Positions 52,417-64,000 of a stretch of DNA of 64,000 nt are shown here, piece after piece; positions within the stretch are counted from its first letter, which is position 1; each line of letters opens with the position of its first letter. Both the position numbers and the translations under genes were made by a program. Source of the stretch: Neodothiora populina (taxonomy: Eukaryota). The DNA lies in NCBI RefSeq assembly GCF_041146345.1, contig NW_027191417.1:124001-188000 (forward strand), read 5' to 3'. A model generated the notes under the pieces. The model did no database searches. It was not told the DNA's origin and saw nothing but the letters and a program-made list of their open reading frames with translations.

Positions 52417-54463
52417 AGATTGTGCATCAATTTGCTTCTTCGGCGATTCATGATCCACTTCGATGAATTGATAGGACTTATGCCGACCTTGATAAATGCA
52501 TCACGTCTCATCATCAGCACCGATTGACCAAGATCGGTCGCAACAATCGACCTTCAACCTCACTCACCTCACCAGAGTGCGCTCCGATGTGCCTCTTCTC
52601 TTACCTGAGACGATCTTGAAGTTGGACGCTTGACCTTGACGTGCTGAAGTGACATACATCACGAACATTGACTCTATGTGTTTCAGATTTAGGAGAGCAT
52701 CGAGACTCCACAGGCACGCACGGGAGCTTGAGTCAAAGATTAAGTGGAAAAATAGGCTTCAGAGCGTCAAGACATACACGATCGTCTCTTCGTACCACGC
52801 AATTTACATAGTATGTGACCCCTTTTGGATATCAGACGCCCTTTTATGCACCTCACTGGAATTCGGGATTAATTATCACGCATGAGATGTGGAAAATAGG
52901 ATATCGATTCTTCAAAGAGTGAATTCATGTGTACTGTAGAGATGACGGCGCAAATTGTGCGGTCCAAGTTTAAATTGCGCTAAGACGAAAGGGGGTCCGG
53001 GTGGTCAATGTCGGAGATACTCTTATTTTTTTCTGCTTTCACCAACTTGCCGACCTTGATATCTCACCTTTCCACAACACCTTAATAGAGACTCGAGAAT
53101 CGTCTCGTGATTACGAAACATTATATGAGACGCTTTCATACTCATGAGATGGACTCGGTCTGATTAGCGTGTCGTGCCGCAGTGTATACAATCGCACTGT
53201 AGCCTTGTAGCTGCCATGGAACTCGACTCGAGATGTGTACACACATCGCAAGATACAGTTGACCAGGTCATACTATACGTACGGAGCTCCACGCTACTCT
53301 CTTTCCCCTATCTTTCCTCAGGAACACAATTGTCACGCCCGGCTCCTCCTATTTCCCCATGAGAGTCAGGGCCCTCATCATTGTTCCAAGAACAAGTATT
53401 TTTTTGCTTGCACGTTTAATTGGCTTGCTACGTCTTTCTGCGTGGCGTAGGAAGTCTCATTGCGTGTTGACATCTCCCCATCCATATTGCATACTTTATT
53501 CCACTTTTTGATCTTTTGTTACTCCGGACTTGGTTTTTCACGCAAAGGTTGGCCTGTCTCTGCTGTTTTAAGTCTCTCATAGTTCCACAATCAAGCGTAT
53601 TCTCTTGAATCTATGTTGTCTTTGTGCTCTGGAAACCCGAAGCTCCGTTTCCCAATGGCTTTTACTGTCTCCGTATTTACAAGCTCTTCCAGACTTTGTT
53701 CTACTCTTTGATTCGGATAATGCCCCATATCGGCGCCTTACCCAAGATATCGTGATAGTTCAGATGTGGTCAAAGACCTGGTTCTGCCCATGTCTCTTGA
53801 CTCCTGGAGTCGAGTCTGACAGCAGATCCCTCTATCTCACACGGGTTGTTCTCTATAGCTGCGATCGTGCCTCTCTAAGTCGTATGACAACCTTCGGAAT
53901 TGTATCCTTGTGACGAGGACGCAGAAGCCTAGATCAAACATCAAGCAGTTTTAAGCTTAGTAGTCCGTCAATATTAATGTTCACGATATTCGTTGATGTG
54001 AAAAGGAAATCTTAAAAGCTACCTCATTTGATAAGGCAGCAATTATTAGGCATGAATTTGGCTACTAGTGACGCTCCTGGCCATACAAAATGCCCCGCGC
54101 CAAGATTCGGCTGCAGCTGCCTGCATTGTTTTGGGATACCGCTTTCCACCCACCATCATATATGACTCTCTGCAATTACCTCCACCGACCACTTTCACTT
54201 ACCGTGTAGTGCTTGTCTCGCTGGGACACCGAGCTACCCGTTTTCCACTTGGCTCATATAACATAAGACAGACCTGTGAAGCCTTCGCTTTGCTTTCAAA
54301 AAGCATCTTGATTGAATCTAAAAGTGCAGATCAAAGCTTTTTCTTGCGTCTGCTGGTTTATGCCCCACCATTATAACCTTTGTTTTGTAGATTACATCAA
54401 AGCAAAGCAAGGTGATCTGAAAGTGTCCAAGACACTACAAGAGACCCATTCCAACAAGCCGTT

Positions 54464-56890
54464 ATGGCTTACCAGGATCATGCTCCGTACAAGGCTCAGG
54501 TATCTAATGAAGTTTCACTAATGCTCCAGGGTTTGGAAGAACACACCAAAGGCAAAGGTGGCAAAGCTGGCTTCTCGGCAAAGAAAAACACTTTTAACGT
54601 AGCAGGATCAAATGTTGCAGTCGATTCGTGGCGCATGCAAGAATGGGACTACAAGAAAGACGGCCTGCCAACTTACGCCCGAGGTTTGTTCACTACTGTG
54701 AATAGCACAGGCCAGCCCGAGATCGTGACCAGAGGATACGACAAGTTTTTCAACCAGGGTGAAGTGAGCAAGACTCAATGGGCCAACGTGGAGAAGAATA
54801 CGAGGGGACCTTATGAACTCAGTGTCAAGGAGAACGGATGCATCATCTTTATCTCCGGTCTAGAAGACGGTACTCTACTTGTCTGCAGCAAGCACTCTAC
54901 TGGCAAAAGGGAGGATGCGAACATCAGTCATGCCGAGATTGGCGAGAAATGGGTGGAGAAACATCTAGCTACAGTTGGCAAGACGAAAAAGGATCTTGCT
55001 TTCGAGCTACGCCGCATGAATGCTACCGCTGTTGCCGAGTTATGTGACGATGAGTTCGAGGAGCACGTCCTTGCTTACAATCCGGAAACGGCTGGTCTGT
55101 ATCTTCACGGAATCAACCTGAACTTACCGGAATTTGCCACTTATGCTGGCCATCTCGTCGATCGTTTTGCTGCCGAATGGGGCTTCAAGAAGACCATGTA
55201 TGTTGTGGAGAATGACATTATCCAGGTGAAGACGTTCCTCGACAAGGTCGCCGAGACTGGTAGCTATGCAGGTCGAGAGACGGAAGGCTTCGTCATCAGG
55301 TGTCAGTCGCGAGCAAATCCAGAAAGCCCTTGGGAAGATTGGTTCTTCAAGTACAAGTTCGAGGAACCTTACCTTATGTACCGCCAATGGCGAGAGTGTA
55401 CAAAGGCCATCATTGCTGGAAAGCCACCTAAATTCAAGAAGCATAGAAAGATAACAGATGAGTATCTTCACTTTGCACGCAAGCAACTCCTGGACAACCC
55501 GCAGCTCGGCAAAGCATACGCGCAGAACCACGGTATCATCAAGCTGAGGGACGACTTCCTTGCTGCTCGCGGCTTGAAGGGGTCTGATATCATCAGGCAG
55601 GAACTCGAAGGCGGCGAGGTCGGTTCGGACATGGTCGCAGACAACGTCGTTCTGGTGCCGGTCGCAACCCTGGGCTGCGGAAAGACAACACTTGCCATAG
55701 CCTTGAGCAAGCTGTTTGGCTGGGGACACATACAGAACGATAACATTACGAAGAAGCCCAAACCGCTCAACTTCGCGCGAGGAGTGTGCGAAGGCTTGGT
55801 CACGCATCCCGTTATGATCGCAGACAGGAACAATCACCAGCGTCGCGAGCGTAAGCAGATAATGGACGACGTTTCGCAGACCGTCCCAGAAGCCAAGTTC
55901 GTTGCTCTATATTATGTTCACGATCGCTCCAAGTACGACCAGATTCGTGCCGCGACCCGCGCAAGGGTCCTGAGCCGCGGTGACAACCATCAAACTATCC
56001 AAGCAGGCTCAAAGAGCCAGGATGAAATTGTTGGCATCATGGAAGGATTTATGAATCGTTTCGAGCCTGTCAATCCCGAAAGGGAACCCGACGACAACTT
56101 CGATCTTGTTATCGATCTCGATGTTACCTCGTCGTCGCGCGAGAACCTTGAGACTATCGTCGCACGTTTGAACGCGGAATATCCCAGACTATTTGGAGCT
56201 ATGCCTACCGGGGAGGATTTGGATCGCGCGACTGAGGCTGCTTTGAACGACTACAAGCCAGACATCAAGCATGATATCGGTGGTGCCAAGCGGGAGATGA
56301 AGAAACAGCAGAAGCAGGCACAGCAGCAACCAAAAAGCCAGAAACAAGCCAAGCTGGAATATTTTGGTGTCAATCTTTCTGTTGAAAAAGTCAAGAATAT
56401 CCTCGAAGCAGCTTTTCAAAACGCTGATGCTGACACGGCGAGAATGTGGCATCAACTTCAGGGATCGAGAAGAGTGCAGTCGGAGTTTCATGTCACTTTG
56501 ATCCATCGTGTACTCGCTACACAATATGCCGAGTACTGGGATCAGCTTTGCAAGATGCATGCTGATGCGGCCGAGAAAGCAGGTGTTCCTGAACCTGAGA
56601 TCGGCAAGTGCAAGGTGCAATTGGAGCGCCTTGTGTGGGACAACCGACTCATGTGCTTCGTCGTCCGACTCGTCAGCGCAGATGGAGGCATGGAGTGGAA
56701 GAGCGTCAACGACACGGCACATGTGACTGTTGGCACTGCGGATCCCAGCGTCAAGCCAAAAGAGAGCAATGATCTCCTGAAGAAGTGGCTTGAAGTCGGC
56801 AGTGGCCCAGGCACTGGACTTATGGAGACTCAGATCACGGGCCACGTGGAGCTTGATGGTAGCGTCAGGGGTATGCTTCAGAAGCGATAG
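54464..56890 (+). CDS. TRL1: Fungal tRNA ligase Trl1 (ligase, kinase and cyclic phosphodiesterase domains), 808 aa
   Basis: KENGC (motif I), SKHS, EGFVIR, FFKYK, P-loop ATLGCGKTT, DRNNH, and two HVT 2H-phosphoesterase motifs. Confidence 0.96.
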   Translation: MAYQDHAPYKAQVSNEVSLMLQGLEEHTKGKGGKAGFSAKKNTFNVAGSNVAVDSWRMQEWDYKKDGLPTYARGLFTTVNSTGQPEIVTRGYDKFFNQGEVSKTQWANVEKNTRGPYELSVKENGCIIFISGLEDGTLLVCSKHSTGKREDANISHAEIGEKWVEKHLATVGKTKKDLAFELRRMNATAVAELCDDEFEEHVLAYNPETAGLYLHGINLNLPEFATYAGHLVDRFAAEWGFKKTMYVVENDIIQVKTFLDKVAETGSYAGRETEGFVIRCQSRANPESPWEDWFFKYKFEEPYLMYRQWRECTKAIIAGKPPKFKKHRKITDEYLHFARKQLLDNPQLGKAYAQNHGIIKLRDDFLAARGLKGSDIIRQELEGGEVGSDMVADNVVLVPVATLGCGKTTLAIALSKLFGWGHIQNDNITKKPKPLNFARGVCEGLVTHPVMIADRNNHQRRERKQIMDDVSQTVPEAKFVALYYVHDRSKYDQIRAATRARVLSRGDNHQTIQAGSKSQDEIVGIMEGFMNRFEPVNPEREPDDNFDLVIDLDVTSSSRENLETIVARLNAEYPRLFGAMPTGEDLDRATEAALNDYKPDIKHDIGGAKREMKKQQKQAQQQPKSQKQAKLEYFGVNLSVEKVKNILEAAFQNADADTARMWHQLQGSRRVQSEFHVTLIHRVLATQYAEYWDQLCKMHADAAEKAGVPEPEIGKCKVQLERLVWDNRLMCFVVRLVSADGGMEWKSVNDTAHVTVGTADPSVKPKESNDLLKKWLEVGSGPGTGLMETQITGHVELDGSVRGMLQKR

Positions 56891-57460
56891 TGCCGTTCTG
56901 TCACTCCACCCCATACTGGCAGCAGTCGCATGCGTGCGAATGCTGTTCTGAAGAACAAGGATAAAAAAGGCAAGAAAGGCAAGAAAGGCAAGCAAGGCAG
57001 GAAGCCTCATGTCAAGCCCTAGTCTGTGGAGTGTATTAACTCTCGGAAACAGGATCACCGTCCTCCAAAGCTGTAGACCTCGACTCGAATTCACGGACCT
57101 TCCAGGACAAGAGGATGGTGAGCCTGGCAGGGGCAATTCGACTATGAGATGACGTGAAGCCATGGGTACGGGATGTTATGGTACATGAATACGTCTTCGA
57201 CTAGAAGCAAGAAACAGGGACAGTCTTGCCATTCCTGGCAGCTCTGGTCTCCTGCTGCATGCTTAAACGGCGTCCAGGTATTTGTCTTTTATCAAGATGG
57301 ATCGGCCATTTGCATCGTTCACATATCATCAATAGCAAGATAGATTACACGAAAAGCATCTTCAATCTTTTTAAAACCCACTTCACCGACTTTCAATATA
57401 GCCTAGACATCTTTTGGTGAACTGTTTTCCTGCGATTGACATTAGGAGCAAGGGCTACCC

Positions 57461-57992
57461 TTATTCGCTCTTTTGTGCTATGCTATACCTTTTGGCTACC
57501 TCAGCGTTTATCCTCCCCCGATCTTGGCTACCCTTCCTCTTCTGACAACATCTTGGTACAGCTAGCATTTTCCCTGTGTACTCCTCCGGATTGACTGGCA
57601 AGCATAGATGTTCCTTTGCATATGCTCCCCGGTCGTCATCGAGCTCAATGATATTAATTTGCAATACGTCTGGATCGGAGTCGTCGGCGGGGACAAGGTG
57701 GTCAAATGTAACGCCGTAGTAGTCGATACGTCTGGTCAAGGAATAAGAGCTGGGAATCATGTCAAGGCCGTTGTCTCCAGACACGGACGCGTCCTTGCGT
57801 TAATGGTTTCTCTACCACCAAGCCCAGATATTCATCTCGTATGACCATATCACCGTCGACCTTGTCATCGACTTCCTTGCCATGGATCTTCTGGTACGCC
57901 AACTCTGCGAGAGTGTGGGATATAGAGCTTACCAGCCATGAGAATTGTAGTGAGACGAGGTATGGAATCTTCCTCGTATTAGAGATCCACAA
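57461..57992 (-). CDS. Small fungal hypothetical protein; 5' exon structure unresolved
   Basis: Protein-like terminal segment IDYYGVTFDHLVP...LAVPRCCQKRKGSQDRGRIN; an overlapping upstream frame reads ELAYQKIHGKEVD; splice sites are ambiguous. Confidence 0.45.
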
Positions 57993-58539
57993 GATATTGT
58001 TACGGATGATAGCCGCCCAGGGGCACTCCGTGATGCCTCATGACCATACCATTGGACAAGAATGTCCTGTCTACTTTGCAGATACTGCCTCGTCGAGTCA
58101 CTGCCGCTTTCAACCACGCTGTACGGCACATAACATCCCCCCTTCATCAGACTATGGAAGGACATTCGACCACCATGATGCACATGCGTCCAGATACAGG
58201 GCATGACATCGCGTCTAGCCTGTTAGATGGCCCCAGTGACACCAAGGAAGAGCGATTACATGGGTGGTGTAGCAGTGGTTAGAAGAAGAAGAAGAAGTGA
58301 TGAGAGAAGTGATATAGATATAGCTTGGCATCAGTGTCTCTTCTGGGGATAGTGCGGGGAAGACAGAGCAACAGCTCCGTCATGGCGATTGCTATTATTT
58401 ATCTATATTATATTTCTATTCCATCATGATCATCATCATGAAATGACAAAGACGTCAGCCGAGGGCTCGATGGCTATGCTTCGGTGACCTCTGATGGCTA
58501 TGCCGCCATTGTTCCGGGTTCATAATACAAATCTATACC

Positions 58540-61500
58540 ATGTTCCTATTTCCCATGCCTATCGCGCCTCACAGCCTCCCGCCAAACCCATCGCTTGTTG
58601 CGATTATACTCATCGTCACGACCCGCCGTGGTCCACGCTTTGTGTTTCATTACCCTGGCATTCCCGAGCCCTCCCAGCAGAGCAACAGCTGGGCTTTTGG
58701 CTCCATCGGCAGCGACAGCGAGTCGAGCGATGACAGCAGCGACGAGGGCACAATCACCTCGGAGCCTGGTGACACCGCGAGTCGAGCCGGCAGCGTGACA
58801 TCGAGAGACGGAACGAGCAGACAAGGGAGTCACAGCGGCAAGACGGGGAAATGGTCGGCCGCCTCGGCGAGCACCAGGAAGACAACACGGACGCTGCGCG
58901 AAGATGGCCCCGACGACGACGAGGATGTCGACGATGACATCGAGGCCTTGGACCTGACCAACACGGATAGCAGAGACGGCAAGAAAGAGAACAATGCCAC
59001 CGAAGACGGCAATGGCGGTGCGGTCAAGGACAGGTTGGCCGACTGGGAGAAGGTGCTCGGCTACCCCACCGAAGGCCTCGAGAAATTGCTCAGTCCGCCT
59101 GATAAGTTCAGGAAAAAGAGATTCGAGGTCAGTCTTGAGGAGCTAGTCTTTCTGGGCTATCCCGTCTTTGCCAAGGAGGATGGGTCGTGGAAGAAGAAGC
59201 AGCACAAACACAGCAAGAAGAAGCGGTGGGAGAGAGAGCATCGTGAAGACCAGGACGATGACGATGCCGTCCCACACGACGACGACACGGACCACAATCT
59301 CACTACAGAAAAGCACCCTTTCGATGATCAGATGAAAAATCATGCATCAGGTCGACCGCAGGACCTGAATATAACCACATCCAGGCTCGAGCGTGTCAGT
59401 AGTCCCGAATTGTCGCCCACCACCACTCCCGATGATGCCAGAAAGCACAGTGACCCAGACAGCCTCAATCCACAATCTGGACTCAACGACTTGTCTCATA
59501 GCTTTGATTCTACAGGTGGCATGAGTGAAGCTGCCTCGGAGGTCAAGAGCATGTCCACCACCTCGGGCAGCCAGAACGGCGACGATGTGAGTATGTTCCA
59601 TGTCGTCTTTGTCATGAACCCTCCCACTCTTGAGTACCACATACGTGTTCAGGAAATGTACGATAATGTCGTCAAGAAGTTTTCCAAGGCACTCAGGTAC
59701 GAGCAGTCACGGTCAGGATGGGTGGAGAAGGAGGCGAGGAAGATCCTCACCCTCAAGAACCAGGCCAAGGAAAACAAAAAACCCACCCCCATGTCTATTC
59801 TGTGGCCCAAGATTATCCAGCAGTCGCCTCTTGCCAAGGCGATCGCGAATATCTACACCAGTATCGCCTCCAACAAGATCGCCCATGTCAGCATCGGCTC
59901 GACCTTTGATGCGTCCATACAGATCCCCCAAGCGATCAGCACCTCATATGTCGCCACGCCCATGGAGCCCCAGTTGCCCGGACTATGGCTGACCACTGCG
60001 TCGATGCTCGAGGACGACGATGGCGTGTCCACTCTGAGCCCACACGCCGCCCTTCTGCTGCTGGAAGACAAGGAAACCATGCTCAAGGAGATCCAGGGCG
60101 AGAGCAAAGAGAGAACCGACCCGCTCATGGAGTTCATTGGGCATCTGAGTCCCACAAAGTCTCTGTCCAAGTTGTCAGCGTCCTTGAGGCTGTCTCTTTC
60201 TGATATGCAGTTTCTCGCGCGTCACTTGATCTATTGGCGGCGTGCGAGAGCGATCCCTCCGCTTCACATCAGAGACACGTATATCGTATCGCCAAATTGC
60301 GACATGAAGAGTTTGTCTCGCGCGACGACGCTGTACGCCCAGCGTTTCCACGCACTGCCGAGCTTGCCCAACATGTTGCAGCTGCTCAGCGGCAAGCCAA
60401 AGCAATACGGCTACCACATCCCAACCAAAGACCACAAGGCTACATACATGGAGATATTGGCCTGGCTCATGAGAGGTGGCTGGGTCACTCAGCTGCGCAC
60501 ATTCGCATGGGTCAAAGTCACCCCTGCAGTCAAAGCAGCTGTTGCAGTGCAGATCCGCAAGGAGGCCGAGAGGGCAAACGCCAGGGCCAGAGCGGTCATG
60601 ACAAGGCCAGACATCACAGGAGCAAAAAGGACCGACATGCTCGGGTCCATCTCGAGCGCATCGCCGAGCGCCCGACGCACCTACAGTGAAGACGACTACA
60701 TCTCGTCCAACTCCACATCACGCAAGTCTTCCAAATCAAAAGGCCAGCCGACGAGTCCTCGTCTAGACGCGATCCTGAGTCCCTCTATTTCCGGCAGTGC
60801 CACTACAGCGATGCGCGTCAGTTCAAACTCCATGGCACGCGATCGCGCCTCGATCTCCGACACGGAGAGTATTTCCAGCGCGCGCACAGCGATCCCACCT
60901 TCGTCCATGTCGAGTCTGCCGATAGCCGTGTCTTCCCCAGCGCTCATCCCACTTCGCCCCAGCCCTCTTCACGCGGTGGATAACATCAACCCCTTCTCAC
61001 CCCCGAACCACAGCAACAACAGCATGCCGAGCACATTCAGCGCCAGCGTCAGCGGCACTCAAAGCAACACCAACACCAACAGCATCAACGAGACCGACTC
61101 GGCATCCGTAGCCTCTGTGCCCATCAGCGCGACAGGCAACGGCATCATCTCGACCGGCCCGGACGGCGGAGCTCCAAACAACCCCCACACCAACCCAGCC
61201 CCAACAGCGGACACAGCGACCGAAGCCGGCGCCGAGACTCAAATCAGCGACACCGCCACAACGACCCTGACCACGCTCCCGAGCACCGACGAGCGCGACT
61301 ACGAAACAACCCTCGTCCTGTCCCCTCACCGCGCCAAGACGCTCGAAAGCAGATGGCTGGCGCACATCGGAGCCAACGTGCTGAAAGACAAAGAGCTGCG
61401 CGAGTCGTGGGCGAGCCTGGTCAAGTATTTCGATGGCAAGAGGGCGATCGAGGAGATTGCGGGCAGGGAGGGGTGGAAGAGGCGCAGGGTCGATGAGTTG

Positions 61501-61551
61501 ATGCAGAGACTGGAGAGGGAGGGCGTGCTGGTTGTTGTTCGGCATTGGTGA
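58540..61551 (+). CDS. NPR3: Nitrogen permease regulator 3 (SEACIT/GATOR1 subunit), 1003 aa
   Basis: LVAIILIV...GPRFVFHYP, KRFEVSLEELVFLGYP, FHVVFVMNP, ALRYEQ, HLIYWRRARAIPPL, VTQLRT and KYFDGKRAIEEI motifs. Confidence 0.93.
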   Translation: MFLFPMPIAPHSLPPNPSLVAIILIVTTRRGPRFVFHYPGIPEPSQQSNSWAFGSIGSDSESSDDSSDEGTITSEPGDTASRAGSVTSRDGTSRQGSHSGKTGKWSAASASTRKTTRTLREDGPDDDEDVDDDIEALDLTNTDSRDGKKENNATEDGNGGAVKDRLADWEKVLGYPTEGLEKLLSPPDKFRKKRFEVSLEELVFLGYPVFAKEDGSWKKKQHKHSKKKRWEREHREDQDDDDAVPHDDDTDHNLTTEKHPFDDQMKNHASGRPQDLNITTSRLERVSSPELSPTTTPDDARKHSDPDSLNPQSGLNDLSHSFDSTGGMSEAASEVKSMSTTSGSQNGDDVSMFHVVFVMNPPTLEYHIRVQEMYDNVVKKFSKALRYEQSRSGWVEKEARKILTLKNQAKENKKPTPMSILWPKIIQQSPLAKAIANIYTSIASNKIAHVSIGSTFDASIQIPQAISTSYVATPMEPQLPGLWLTTASMLEDDDGVSTLSPHAALLLLEDKETMLKEIQGESKERTDPLMEFIGHLSPTKSLSKLSASLRLSLSDMQFLARHLIYWRRARAIPPLHIRDTYIVSPNCDMKSLSRATTLYAQRFHALPSLPNMLQLLSGKPKQYGYHIPTKDHKATYMEILAWLMRGGWVTQLRTFAWVKVTPAVKAAVAVQIRKEAERANARARAVMTRPDITGAKRTDMLGSISSASPSARRTYSEDDYISSNSTSRKSSKSKGQPTSPRLDAILSPSISGSATTAMRVSSNSMARDRASISDTESISSARTAIPPSSMSSLPIAVSSPALIPLRPSPLHAVDNINPFSPPNHSNNSMPSTFSASVSGTQSNTNTNSINETDSASVASVPISATGNGIISTGPDGGAPNNPHTNPAPTADTATEAGAETQISDTATTTLTTLPSTDERDYETTLVLSPHRAKTLESRWLAHIGANVLKDKELRESWASLVKYFDGKRAIEEIAGREGWKRRRVDELMQRLEREGVLVVVRHW

Positions 61552-62422
61552 TGTTTTCTTTTTGGTTTTCTTCCTTTGCCCTTGGCTGTTTGTTGCCGCT
61601 CCTCTTTTCTTATTTTTTTTCTTTTTAGTTTCTCTGCTCCGTGTCAGCTGAAAAGGGACCAAGGAGAGACGTCGAGAAGATACGAGAGAAAGAGAGAGAT
61701 AGAGAGCACTTTCTTGACTGAAGGAAGCGTTTTGATTCTGATGTAGACACGATGAATAGATAGATACCCAACAACACAAACACCTGCCTCTTGTTTTTTT
61801 TCCACGAAGAAATAAAGAGAAGAACAACAAGACGAGACGAGAGCGAAAAAGAATAAAGCCAAACAACGGATTGATTCTCTTCGACACCGGTCACCTCGAC
61901 GCATGTGCCCTATTTATCACGAAAGAAAGAGAAAACGAAGAGACGAGCACGAGATGAACGACTGGGCATGAGAAGGAGGGGGTATATTGCGAGTCTACGT
62001 ACTTATAATAGGAAACACATTCTCGATGGAAGTGAAGACAAAACAGTGATTGCACCGCACCAAAAGGTTTGGAAATGAAGAAAAGAGAAACGGAAATGGT
62101 CATCTATCCTCTTCTTTCTTCGTGTCGACGCCTGGTCAGCTTGTGATCTGAGAAGCAGAAGCAGAAGCAGAAGAACAAAAAGAAGAAAATCTGTATACAA
62201 CAGAGTTCAATCTGGAAAAGAAACAAAGAAGCAAGGAAAGAAAAAGGTTTCGTTCCCTTGCGCTGCGTGCATGACCCCCGTGTATCGCCCATGGTTCTCA
62301 TCATTGCCGTTCGCTGATCTGTCATTTTCTCCTGTCCTGTGGCATGGCCCAGCAGTCCAAGTCGGTCAGTAAGTCACTTTTGCTTGCATCAGCGGTGCGT
62401 GGGGTTGTGGTGAGAAAACAGA

Positions 62423-63856
62423 TCAGTAAACGCTCTCGTCTCTGACGTCCAGACTCATGGCGCCACTGGGTCTACGAAGCAGCGACGGACTGCCCAGCGG
62501 CGATCCACTGACGCTCTCGTTCCTGCCGTGGCCGAGCGCGCCACTGCGCACGCTGCCCTCGTAGCCCCTGAGACTGGCGCCGTCGAAATTCAGTAGACTT
62601 CGACCGTCCGCGCCACCGCCTTGGAGGTGTACGCTACGCACGCTGCGGCCGTCGGCGTTGTTCGAGTGGTTGTTGTTGGCGGCAGCCTTGTGGCTGCTTG
62701 CGTAGAATGAATTGCGCTCACTCACCAGAGCAGGAGCCGAGACGCCCTGATTGGTATACACGCTTGCTCGTTCGTCACGAAGTAGATTATTCGGACGCGG
62801 CGCTGACGTGGGCTCGGCGGGAGCAGAGGTTATGTAGTTGCTGTTGTTGTTACCGCCGCCTCCACTGAGTACAGAAAGCGGAAGGGATTCGCGGCTGTCG
62901 CCCCAGACACTACGAGGAGCCATGGCGCGCACAGAGGCATCAGTGTCCATCGAACGACGACGACGCTTGGATGAGCTCGCAAGTGTCAGGATGGAAGCGT
63001 TATCGGTAAGGAGGTTATGGGCTGTGGCAGAAAAGTAGGTCGTGGGTTGGTGCGGCTGCTGAGAGGCGGTCTGGAGATGAGAAGGAATGGCCGAGGCGGC
63101 GACAGGGTACTGGTGAGAGAAGTGGACAGGCGGAGTGGAGTGGGCAGTGGGACTACTATTGGTTTGAGGATTGGACGTCGGGTTGGGATTGGTGGGATTC
63201 AAAGCGTTGCTCGACTGAATGGTGGTAAGCGTCGTCGTCAAGGAACGAGTAGACTGATTGGGAGAAGAGAAAGTGCTGTTGGCACCGGCGCCATCGATGC
63301 TGCTGAGTGCACCACCAGCGGTAGTACCAGTGAGGGCACGAGAATACCCAGCGTCCGAGTGTATTGTGCCCGGCTGGGTTTCGACTGTGGGCGCGTTCGA
63401 TCTACTTCGGTGATACATGTCTACGTCGTGGCCGTGACCGTGGCCGTGAGTGTCTTCGCCGTCCTCATCTCCCTCTAATCGACTCTCGGGGAGTGACGAA
63501 TAACTGCCTCGACTGCTGTCCTGCTCGTGGTGTTGCCGACTGGGTGGAGTGACGTATCCGTCCGTGTTCGAGTGCGATGAGTCCGATGGTCTGTAGTCGG
63601 CGCGCCCTGATTGCGGATATGGGTTGTTGTTCTTGGATGCCTTCTTCGACTTCTTGCTCAACGGGTCTTTTGGGCTGTTGTGCGATTTGTTAAGGTTGGT
63701 CACGCGCTTGAGCCATGATGCGAATGGTCGTTTGTGTCCGATACGCTCTGCCACATGCACTACGTTAATTGCTTGGTCTCGAATGCGCCCGACTGTTCTT
63801 CAAACGAATACGACCGACATACCGGAAGGGCGAGGAGCAACATCTGCCGCTGCCAT
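62423..63856 (-). CDS. Disordered fungal hypothetical protein; exons 63856-63823 and 63759-62423
   Basis: ATG exon plus a GTATGT..TTAAC..TAG intron joins the 445-aa ORF. It contains the motif-like block DNASILTLASSSKRRRRSMDTDASVRAMAPRSVWGDSRESLPLSVLS. Confidence 0.75.
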
Positions 63857-64000
63857 GGTAGAGCAGGAGTCTGACCCTATCTAGACTGCGGCTGAGGGTA
63901 CTGCAGGAGCGGTGGTTCTCTCGAACGGCGTGGTTGGCAATGGGAGAAAGAGAGCGTGATGTATTAGATAGGCAGGCTTGGCTATGCTGCTGTTGATGCC

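Noticed and set aside
55124..57163. 237-aa and 324-aa minus-strand ORFs
   Set aside because: Antisense to TRL1, with no independent motifs.
60997..61887. 296-aa minus-strand ORF
   Set aside because: Antisense to the NPR3 3' end and its simple-sequence UTR.

Overview
This is a 64-kb gene-dense stretch of a filamentous ascomycete (Pezizomycotina) genome. Short GT-AG introns with CTRAC-type branch points and the fungal gene families support this; Dothideomycetes is only my guess. About 22 protein-coding genes can be reconstructed. They include an aldo-keto reductase, a DUF3405 protein, a histidine acid phosphatase, a DHA1-type MFS transporter, casein kinase I gamma, Nup133, Dre2, an Stf2-like protein, a GPI-type secreted protein, glutathione reductase, Cdc73, two dihydroxyacetone-kinase-family genes, a peroxisomal enoyl-CoA hydratase, an Ibp1/Ych1 phosphatase, tRNA ligase Trl1, Npr3 and several hypotheticals. 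There is also a cluster of solo LTRs with intact 5-bp target-site duplications and many simple repeats. Five observations stand out. (1) A head-to-head gene pair encodes an intact DhaK-only protein and a degenerate-DhaK/DhaL protein, which may form a split heterodimeric DAK-type kinase. (2) A Pol III-type locus (A box, B box, oligo-T) folds as two hairpins rather than a tRNA cloverleaf. (3) An AUG-less, in-frame mitochondrial-presequence-like extension on GLR1 implies non-AUG initiation. (4) The start codon of the Stf2-like gene is split by an intron (A|TG). (5) Two ~98% identical LTRs sit in inverted orientation, and one carries a nested partial copy with RIP-like changes. All calls were made by eye; no database searches were run.
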